Under the pieces are notes generated by a model. The model was not told the DNA's origin. It was given only the letters and a program-made list of their open reading frames with translations, and did not search any database. The translations under genes were made by a program, and so were the position numbers. A DNA stretch of 60,126 bases from an uncultured Candidatus Marinamargulisbacteria bacterium (GTDB lineage: Bacteria > Margulisbacteria > Riflemargulisbacteria > GWF2-35-9 > CAYUBI01): contig CAYUBI010000002.1 of NCBI GenBank assembly GCA_964443005.1, positions 1-60,126 on the forward strand, in the 5' to 3' direction. Below, one piece after another: positions 1-7,050 of this stretch (its first letter is position 1; every line of letters begins with the position of its first letter).

Positions 1-54
1 GAGATTAACGCTGCTATTTTTTCGATCTTCATTTTCATTCCTTTTTTTTAAATT

Positions 55-1674
55 TTAGCTTTTATATTTCTCGTAAGCAAGCTTGCGTTGCTCGAAAATT
101 TGTTTTAGTTGATCGTCTGGTGAGAAGTTGCCTTCATATTTTAAAATTTTGCACGTAGGATGCTTGAGTGCTGTTTCAAATGTTTCAATTTCGCTGTTTG
201 GAATAGTTACACTTATTTCCATAAGTTTGCAATTTTTATGGATAAGTGCCCGAGTTAAAATGTGGACTGCTATATTATTGATTTCGTTATAATATAGTAT
301 CAACTTGAAAAGTTTAGAATTTTTATCTTTCATAGAGTCAGCTAATGCTTGAACAGCTATGGTTGAAAAATTATTCCAGCTTAGATCTAAGAAGGTTAGC
401 TTGCAGTTTTCATGTTTAAGGGAATTAGCCAAAGCTTGGACTGCTACATTGGTGAGTTCGTTATAGCCTAGGTCTAAGAAGGTTAGCTTACAATTTTCAT
501 GTTTTAGGGAATCAGCTAAAGCCTTGCAGGCTACATCGCTGATTTCGTCACAACTTAGGGCTAAAGCGGTTAGCTTGCAGTTTTTGTGTTTTAGAGCCTC
601 AGCTAAAGCTTGTGTGCCAGTATCCCGAATATTGTTAAACTTTAATGTTAAGCTTGTCAGCTTACAATTAGGATGTGTAAGCGCCTCCGATAAAAATTCA
701 GTAGCGGTGTCGCTGATGTTATTTTTTATAAAACTTAAATTTGTTAGCATACAGTTTTTGTGCATTAGAGCAGTTGCCAAGGTTTGGATTTCAAGGTTGG
801 TGTAAGCAATATATGCTAGATTCAGATTGGTGTAATTGTTTTTAGAAACGGTTATTTTTTCAATAATTCTTGTTAAGCTAATGCCAGCTGTTGGGCATAT
901 TTTTTCTGGTAGAGTAGATATACCTTTTGCAATAGGTATTGTTTTTTTTTCAGTTGGGGTTACCCTGTTTCTCACAAATTGTTTTTCTTGAGGTGCGGTG
1001 ATTGTTTTAAGATGTTGGTTTGCTAATTCTTGAATTACAATGAAAATAGCATTCTGAAAAATTGCTTTTAAATTTTCATACAACACATCGCTTTGCTGTT
1101 CTATTCCTATCCATAATACCGGCAATAATGTGGTTGCTTCTGAGATAAAGTGAATTAGATTTGCTTGTTTCATGTTGGCACATAGGATTGCGAGGTCTTT
1201 GCAGAATTGGAGCTGGTCAACTGGGGTTTTGTTACCTAGGAAAGCGATTATTTTTTCAAAGGCATCGAGAATATTGGGCGTGGCAATGCCTTCAGCAGTG
1301 GGCAAACCTGCAAGATTGTTTTTCCACAATTGAAATGTAAAAACAATGATTTGTTTTTGTTGACTTGTGCTGAGGCTTGTTTCAGTAGAATGAAGTAGTT
1401 TTGCTAGCTGATTAGCTCTCTTTTTTAATGCTTTATACTGGGCATCGTTAATTTCATTATTTTCTTTTGCGTTTTTCATCGTAACCAGTGCTGTTTTGTC
1501 ATAAGCATATTTTATGGTATTTGCAGCATCATCGAATGCGAGTAGGGCTAGTTGATTTAGCAACGCAAATCGCTCTTTTGACGAATAGCTTGTTGTTTCT
1601 TTTCTAAGTGTAACAGCCATACGGCTAATGGTTGGAGACGGGGCATTGTTTGTTGATACCCGTTTTTGATTCAT
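55..1674 (-). CDS. RNI-type leucine-rich-repeat protein, paralog 1 of 3 (unassigned ~250-aa N-terminal domain, about seven 28-aa LRRs, conserved C-terminal tail)
   Basis: 539-aa ORF. The C-terminal half is a regular 28-residue repeat (LKHxNCKLTxLxLxxNxIxxxxxxALAxx) of the ribonuclease-inhibitor/NLR type. The tail FEQRKLAYEKY is shared with the two upstream paralogs. The ATG overlaps the stop of the upstream gene (ATGA at 1671-1674). Confidence 0.8.
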   Translation of the reverse strand: MNQKRVSTNNAPSPTISRMAVTLRKETTSYSSKERFALLNQLALLAFDDAANTIKYAYDKTALVTMKNAKENNEINDAQYKALKKRANQLAKLLHSTETSLSTSQQKQIIVFTFQLWKNNLAGLPTAEGIATPNILDAFEKIIAFLGNKTPVDQLQFCKDLAILCANMKQANLIHFISEATTLLPVLWIGIEQQSDVLYENLKAIFQNAIFIVIQELANQHLKTITAPQEKQFVRNRVTPTEKKTIPIAKGISTLPEKICPTAGISLTRIIEKITVSKNNYTNLNLAYIAYTNLEIQTLATALMHKNCMLTNLSFIKNNISDTATEFLSEALTHPNCKLTSLTLKFNNIRDTGTQALAEALKHKNCKLTALALSCDEISDVACKALADSLKHENCKLTFLDLGYNELTNVAVQALANSLKHENCKLTFLDLSWNNFSTIAVQALADSMKDKNSKLFKLILYYNEINNIAVHILTRALIHKNCKLMEISVTIPNSEIETFETALKHPTCKILKYEGNFSPDDQLKQIFEQRKLAYEKYKS

Positions 1675-3323
1675 GGTTTATTACCATGCATTTGCTTGTA
1701 TGCAAGCTTGCGTTGTTCGAAAATCTGTTGCAATTTGGTATCATCAGCATAAGGGCCTTTGTAATCAAATATTTTGCAGTTTGGGTCTTTTAACGCCTCT
1801 AGAATTTGTTGCGCGCCATTTTTTCCCATAAAGCAATCAAGGATATTCAAACTTTGTAGTTTACAGTTTTTATGTAGGAGAGCTTCTATCAATAGTTTTG
1901 TTCCTTCAGTATTAATTGGATTATCGTGTAAATCCAGTGCCTTTAGTTTGCCGTTTTCATGTTTGAGCGCATCAGTTAGTGCCTTGATACCCGCGGATTT
2001 AATTATGTTGTCACCTAAAGATAAGGAAGTTAGTTTGCAGTTTTCATGTTTCAAGGCGTTTGCCAATTTAATTGTAGCGATATTTCCGATATGATGATTG
2101 TCTAGGCTTAGGTTTGTGAGCTTGCAATTTCCGTGTATCAGGGTTGTTGTTAACACTTCAATACACTCAATATTAAGAATACCAGCATGAAGATTTGCAG
2201 AATTAGTTATTAATGTTTCTATAAGGCAATTTTTATGAGTTAAAGCGTTGATAAGGTTTTGAAGCTCAGCATTGCTAAACCAGTTTTGTGAGACGTTCAA
2301 AAAGCGTACTTTGTTATTTTCATGTATAAGTGCATTTGTAATTGCATTTATTCCAGCATCATTAATGGCGCTGCGAAAGAGATCTACATCAGTGATATTA
2401 CAATTGATATGCTTAAGCGCTTGTGCCAAAAGGGTCGCGCCAACATCTCCGACGAAAAGCTCATAAGGTCGCTGTCTAAAGCTTAGTTTGGTATATAGGT
2501 TTCCAGGGGCTGATATTTCTTGAATAATTTCCAATATTTCTTGTTTTTCAGCTTCAAATGCTATCGTTGTTTTTTGAGTTTCAGGGATAATTTCTGAATT
2601 TGCTAATAGGTCTTTTATCCCTTTTAGCTTACCAATTTCTTGGTTCGATTTTGCTGTTTCTACTTCGAATAAGCTTTGTGCATTAATTTTATTTTCTAAT
2701 ATTGTTTTTTCTGTTTGAATTAGCGTAGCTAGACTTTTAATGTTGGAATTAACCTCGTGTGCTGTCCCTGCTAGCAGCGCAGGCAGCAATGTGGCAGCTT
2801 CTGAGACAAAGCGAATCATGCCTGCCGTTTTCATGTTAATGCATAATTCGACAAGTTCTCTGCAGAATTGTAGCCTATTGCAAGGGGCTTTGTTGCCTAA
2901 AAAAGTCATTATTTTTTCGATAGCGTCAAGAATGTTGGGAGTGGAAATTCCCTTAGCGGTTGGTAGGCCAATTATGTCGTTTGTCCAAAGTTTGATGGTA
3001 AGAACGATGATTTCTTTTTGTTCTCGCTCGCTTAATCGCGTGTCTCCGGGATAAACCATTGTGGTAAGTTGGGCTGCTCGTTCTTTGATGATGGCATACT
3101 GGCTATCGCTAATTTCGCCAGCAGCTTTTGTCCTTGCGAATTTCTTATATAGCGTTTCATCGTAGGCATATTCAGCAGTATCATTACCCGCGAGTTTTTC
3201 TAGCTGACTCAAGCGTGCCAGTTTTTCTTCTGGAGAATATTGGCTTGTTTGTGTACCCAGCGTAAAAGCCATAGGGCTAATGGTTGGAGTGGCGATACTT
3301 GCTGATATTAGTTTGTTTTTCAT
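1671..3323 (-). CDS. RNI-type leucine-rich-repeat protein, paralog 2 of 3
   Basis: 550-aa ORF. The N-terminal ~190 aa are almost identical to paralog 3. The C-terminal half carries 28-aa LRRs (LKHENCKLTSLSLGDNIIKSAGIKALTDA). ATGA start/stop overlaps occur at both ends (1671-1674, 3320-3323). Confidence 0.8.
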   Translation of the reverse strand: MKNKLISASIATPTISPMAFTLGTQTSQYSPEEKLARLSQLEKLAGNDTAEYAYDETLYKKFARTKAAGEISDSQYAIIKERAAQLTTMVYPGDTRLSEREQKEIIVLTIKLWTNDIIGLPTAKGISTPNILDAIEKIMTFLGNKAPCNRLQFCRELVELCINMKTAGMIRFVSEAATLLPALLAGTAHEVNSNIKSLATLIQTEKTILENKINAQSLFEVETAKSNQEIGKLKGIKDLLANSEIIPETQKTTIAFEAEKQEILEIIQEISAPGNLYTKLSFRQRPYELFVGDVGATLLAQALKHINCNITDVDLFRSAINDAGINAITNALIHENNKVRFLNVSQNWFSNAELQNLINALTHKNCLIETLITNSANLHAGILNIECIEVLTTTLIHGNCKLTNLSLDNHHIGNIATIKLANALKHENCKLTSLSLGDNIIKSAGIKALTDALKHENGKLKALDLHDNPINTEGTKLLIEALLHKNCKLQSLNILDCFMGKNGAQQILEALKDPNCKIFDYKGPYADDTKLQQIFEQRKLAYKQMHGNKP

Positions 3324-3330
3324 TGTGTAG
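2690..3330. repeat. Direct repeat copy A (~640 bp) covering the 5' third of LRR paralog 2
   Basis: Read by eye against 4337-4975. 2762-3239 is identical base for base to 4405-4882 (offset 1643). There is a 3-bp indel near 2750 and a short divergent patch at 3240-3290, then identity resumes through the ATG. Confidence 0.85.
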
Positions 3331-4966
3331 CTCCATGAATTTGCTCGTAAGCAAGGCGGCGGTGCGCTAAAAGTTGTTCCAATTCCGCGTCATCATTATT
3401 AGGGCCCATGTAATCAAATATTTTGCAGCTTGGGTCTTTCAGTGCGGATAGAATTTGTTTTGATCCTTCTTTTCCTATTTGACATGAATCAATAGTAAGC
3501 AGAGTTAGATTACAGTTTTTGTGGCGTAAAGCGTCTGCCAAAAATTGTGCCCCGGAGCCGCCCAACGGATTACGGTGTAAGTACAGTGATTCCAGTTTGT
3601 TGTTTTCGTTTTTTAAGGCTTCAGCTAGTGCTGTCATGCCGCTTGGCGTTATTTTATTACTAAATAAAATTAAATTAGTTAGCATACAGTTTTTATGCTG
3701 TAGCGCCTCTGCTAGCAAAATTGTGCCGAAATCTTTGATATGAGCACATCCTAGGTTAAGCTCGGTTAGCCTGCAATTTTTATGTTTCAACGTCGTTGCC
3801 AAAAGCTGAATGTCTTTTTCGTGAAGTTTGCTTTTCGCATAGGAAAAAATAAAAACTTCTAATTTACAGTTTTCATGAATTAGTGCTTCTCCTAATGGTT
3901 GGAATCCATGTGGGGCAAGATAATTCTCCGAGATATCCAAAACGCGCAACTTGCAGTTTTTGTGTTTTAGCGCGCTTGCGAGTGGTGCTACTCCATGGCC
4001 AGAAATGTTTTGGCGAAACAAATTTAAATCAGTGATATTACAATTTTCGTTCTTAAGTGCATCCGCTAAAAGTTGGGCACCCACGTCTCCGATGCGATCA
4101 CGATCAAGGGGACCACCGGGGTAATCTAGTTCGGTATAGGGATTTCCAGGGGTTGTTATTTCTTGAATAATTTCAAGGATATTTTTGCTGTTTACCTTAA
4201 AGGGTATTCGTGGTCTTTGAGCTAGTGGAACATTTCGTAAATTAACTGATGAGCCTTTTGTTTCAGCAATATCCATAGTCGTTTCTTTTTTTTCTGCAGC
4301 CAAGCGTTCTGCTGCTACGTGTTGGCCGGCAATATCCTTTTCTAATATCATTTTTTCTGTTTGAATTAGCGTAGCTAGGCTTTTAATGTTGGAAACCTCG
4401 TGTGCTGTCCCTGCTAGCAGCGCAGGCAGCAATGTGGCAGCTTCTGAGACAAAGCGAATCATGCCTGCCGTTTTCATGTTAATGCATAATTCGACAAGTT
4501 CTCTGCAGAATTGTAGCCTATTGCAAGGGGCTTTGTTGCCTAAAAAAGTCATTATTTTTTCGATAGCGTCAAGAATGTTGGGAGTGGAAATTCCCTTAGC
4601 GGTTGGTAGGCCAATTATGTCGTTTGTCCAAAGTTTGATGGTAAGAACGATGATTTCTTTTTGTTCTCGCTCGCTTAATCGCGTGTCTCCGGGATAAACC
4701 ATTGTGGTAAGTTGGGCTGCTCGTTCTTTGATGATGGCATACTGGCTATCGCTAATTTCGCCAGCAGCTTTTGTCCTTGCGAATTTCTTATATAGCGTTT
4801 CATCGTAGGCATATTCAGCAGTATCATTACCCGCGAGTTTTTCTAGCTGACTCAAGCGTGCCAGTTTTTCTTCTGGAGAATAGATTGCTACTGGAGTTGA
4901 TGCAGTAAAGGCCATGTGGCTGATGGTTGAAGTGGCGATACTTGCTGATATTAGTTTGTTTTTCAT
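3320..4966 (-). CDS. RNI-type leucine-rich-repeat protein, paralog 3 of 3
   Basis: 548-aa ORF with the same architecture. The LRR part has diverged from paralog 2 while the N-terminal domain is near-identical. It starts 47 nt downstream of the vWA gene on the same strand. Confidence 0.8.
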   Translation of the reverse strand: MKNKLISASIATSTISHMAFTASTPVAIYSPEEKLARLSQLEKLAGNDTAEYAYDETLYKKFARTKAAGEISDSQYAIIKERAAQLTTMVYPGDTRLSEREQKEIIVLTIKLWTNDIIGLPTAKGISTPNILDAIEKIMTFLGNKAPCNRLQFCRELVELCINMKTAGMIRFVSEAATLLPALLAGTAHEVSNIKSLATLIQTEKMILEKDIAGQHVAAERLAAEKKETTMDIAETKGSSVNLRNVPLAQRPRIPFKVNSKNILEIIQEITTPGNPYTELDYPGGPLDRDRIGDVGAQLLADALKNENCNITDLNLFRQNISGHGVAPLASALKHKNCKLRVLDISENYLAPHGFQPLGEALIHENCKLEVFIFSYAKSKLHEKDIQLLATTLKHKNCRLTELNLGCAHIKDFGTILLAEALQHKNCMLTNLILFSNKITPSGMTALAEALKNENNKLESLYLHRNPLGGSGAQFLADALRHKNCNLTLLTIDSCQIGKEGSKQILSALKDPSCKIFDYMGPNNDDAELEQLLAHRRLAYEQIHGATQ

Positions 4967-4975
4967 TGTTTAACT
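4337..4975. repeat. Direct repeat copy B (~640 bp) covering the 5' third of LRR paralog 3
   Basis: Partner of 2690-3330. The two antisense shadow ORFs 2740-3054 and 4386-4697 translate to the same peptide, confirming DNA identity. Confidence 0.85.
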
Positions 4976-5013
4976 CTTTTCATTTTCGTTTTATTTGGCT
5001 GTCTTGCAAGAAC

Positions 5014-7044
5014 TTAACCCTGTTTTTGTGATACTCCAGCTCTAACTACGGCTTCTGCATGTCTGCCGGTTAACTGAACTTTCCCGCCGGAAACAGCATT
5101 AGACAATACTTTGATGGATACTTTTTCCAAATCTCTTAGCGTTTTTATCTTGTAGATGTTTTCGCTAGGAACACCTGCTGTTGTAAAAATTTTTATGGTT
5201 TCTTCTTTATATGCGATTGTGCTATCTTTTTGAGGGGTCAAAAAAATGAGCGACCCACTGGATCGATTAAAGTATTCATGTAAGGCTTTCAGTTTGTTGT
5301 TTGTTACTTCTTGAAATCCTGATAAATCCGTATACCAAATATTAAAATAGGGCATTTTTTCTGCGTTTTGAGAGGCTTCATTGAGTATGTTAGGATGAAT
5401 GTGCGTAAAACCACTTTTATGTTTTAGTAGTGTTGCCACGATTTTGTCTTTGTCACGACTCCAGCCAGTATCAATCACCGAATCATCAAACATAATTAAA
5501 CGTGTCATGACTTTGGGGTTAAGCTTAAACCAGCTAAATATGGCTCTTCCGGGGCCAACTCGAGTTGCAGATAGTTTGCCAAAAGGGGATTCACTGGAAT
5601 CTGACATGTCAACCCAGACCATGAGATTGGGGTATCCTACGCCCTCGGCTCTAGCCTTGCCTTTGATAGGAGAAAACTTTAGGGTTGTAATTCCGGGAAT
5701 TTCTATGCCATGTGTTAATAACGAATGAGCATGATCTGTTTCCGCATAGCGTGAGGCAGGTACTGTTGTTACCATAATGGGTCTGCCTTTGGCTTGGAGT
5801 TGGGGGAATTTTTTAATATCAAAAAGATCCAGCTGCATTAATTTTCTGTATAAAGGATCTAGCGATTCATTGGGTGTGGTTTTGTTGCCAGTAGCTGCGA
5901 TATCTGCAGCTATATCGTTATAATCTGCCTGGGCTTGCCTGTAATCCCTATCTTCTCCGCCTGCACTTCTGGCTTTGCCAATTAATTCGCCAGCGACAAC
6001 ATCCAAGATGCCTTTGATGATATTCTCGTATTCAGGATTATTTTTATCAGGTAATGTATCTAAAATGTTGTTTTTGCCAAAATCAAAACTGGGGATATCT
6101 TCATTTTCAGCAGGCAAATATGGCCCCATTATTTCAATAAAGCGGTCTATGGCTTGTTCGCCAGCCAAATTTCCGGAAAACAAATCGATCAGCTTTTGAG
6201 CTCGTGATTCCAAGTCTTCATCAAAATGATGGGTTGATATTTCTTTTTCGCCTTTGATGGTCATGATAGTTTGCGTAGCTGCAGGGTCGTTGGCATAAGT
6301 ATCTTGCAAAATGGTGTTGTCCGGGAATTTACAAAACTTTTCATAGGACCTTAGAATGATAGCCCAATACGGGCTATGTTTTTGAACTTGTGTATCCTCT
6401 GTTTTTTGTTGTTGTTTTTCATAACGCCATTCTCGTCGAATTCCTTTATAAATTTCTCCAGTTCCTGCAGTGGCTATTTCGTTGTTGGCAATTAATTGAT
6501 GGTCTGCAGTAATAATCGGATAATTAACTTTAAAGTCATTAAAATCATTAGCAATCCTGCTAATTTGTTGCCCGAGAATATTCATTTTAATACCTGCATG
6601 GCTAGCAATGCTTTTTTTTAAATTTTGTCGTTGGATAATTGCAGAGGAATAGGTTCCCGGATCTTTCCCATGATTATATTCATGTCCTATAATTTGAGCT
6701 GTCCAAGGAAAAATGCCCATTTCTAATATTTTGTAGATATTATAAAACGTTTTTCCTTCATGCGGGGGCTTCTGGGGATGGCCAGTCCCTACTCTCCAGG
6801 CTATTTCCTGGCTTAGGTCTTTACCTAAAAAATCGTATTTTTTTGTTTGCGAAGGACTTAAGAAAAAAGTGGGAGGGCCGGTTACGTCTGCATACTGTCG
6901 TTTAGCTGCGTTTTCATAGGCTTGTTGTAGATTTTCCAGTAGGGTTGAGTCTGAAAAATAGTCCCATTTTCTAGCAGAAACAGCACTTATACCCAGGCGC
7001 TTGTCAATATATTCGGATAAGGTTTGGGCGACGATCTTGTGCAT
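5014..7044 (-). CDS. von Willebrand factor A (MIDAS) domain protein with a ~460-aa unassigned N-terminal region containing an HExxH motif
   Basis: 676-aa ORF. The C-terminal ~190 aa fit a vWA fold: NLMVWVDMSDSSES (DxSxS MIDAS, nt ~5604-5618), RLIMFDDSV, GFTHI and NIWYTDLSG. The N-terminal region has IIGHEYNHG (HExxH, nt 6670-6684). It starts 6 nt after the MoxR-like gene. Confidence 0.65.
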   Translation of the reverse strand: MHKIVAQTLSEYIDKRLGISAVSARKWDYFSDSTLLENLQQAYENAAKRQYADVTGPPTFFLSPSQTKKYDFLGKDLSQEIAWRVGTGHPQKPPHEGKTFYNIYKILEMGIFPWTAQIIGHEYNHGKDPGTYSSAIIQRQNLKKSIASHAGIKMNILGQQISRIANDFNDFKVNYPIITADHQLIANNEIATAGTGEIYKGIRREWRYEKQQQKTEDTQVQKHSPYWAIILRSYEKFCKFPDNTILQDTYANDPAATQTIMTIKGEKEISTHHFDEDLESRAQKLIDLFSGNLAGEQAIDRFIEIMGPYLPAENEDIPSFDFGKNNILDTLPDKNNPEYENIIKGILDVVAGELIGKARSAGGEDRDYRQAQADYNDIAADIAATGNKTTPNESLDPLYRKLMQLDLFDIKKFPQLQAKGRPIMVTTVPASRYAETDHAHSLLTHGIEIPGITTLKFSPIKGKARAEGVGYPNLMVWVDMSDSSESPFGKLSATRVGPGRAIFSWFKLNPKVMTRLIMFDDSVIDTGWSRDKDKIVATLLKHKSGFTHIHPNILNEASQNAEKMPYFNIWYTDLSGFQEVTNNKLKALHEYFNRSSGSLIFLTPQKDSTIAYKEETIKIFTTAGVPSENIYKIKTLRDLEKVSIKVLSNAVSGGKVQLTGRHAEAVVRAGVSQKQG

Positions 7045-7050
7045 TTATTC

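Noticed and set aside
1-41. A possible minus-strand gene start (ATG at 38-36 or 32-30, MKMKIEKIAALIS...) running off the left edge, with AAGGA upstream.
   Set aside because: Only about 12 codons are visible, so coding status and product cannot be judged.
2740-4697. Two near-identical plus-strand ORFs (2740-3054 and 4386-4697, 104 and 103 aa), plus other plus-strand ORFs inside the LRR genes (524-805, 1774-2094, 2272-2466, 3519-3743).
   Set aside because: They are antisense shadows of the long minus-strand LRR genes. Their identity simply reflects the duplicated DNA. The sequences are low-complexity (S/A/L/C-rich), with no Shine-Dalgarno sequence and no independent support.
5002-5011. A 10-bp perfect palindrome, TCTTGCAAGA, between the vWA gene and the first LRR gene.
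   Set aside because: It has no loop and no T-tract, so it cannot form a stable terminator hairpin. It is too short to call a binding site without conservation data.
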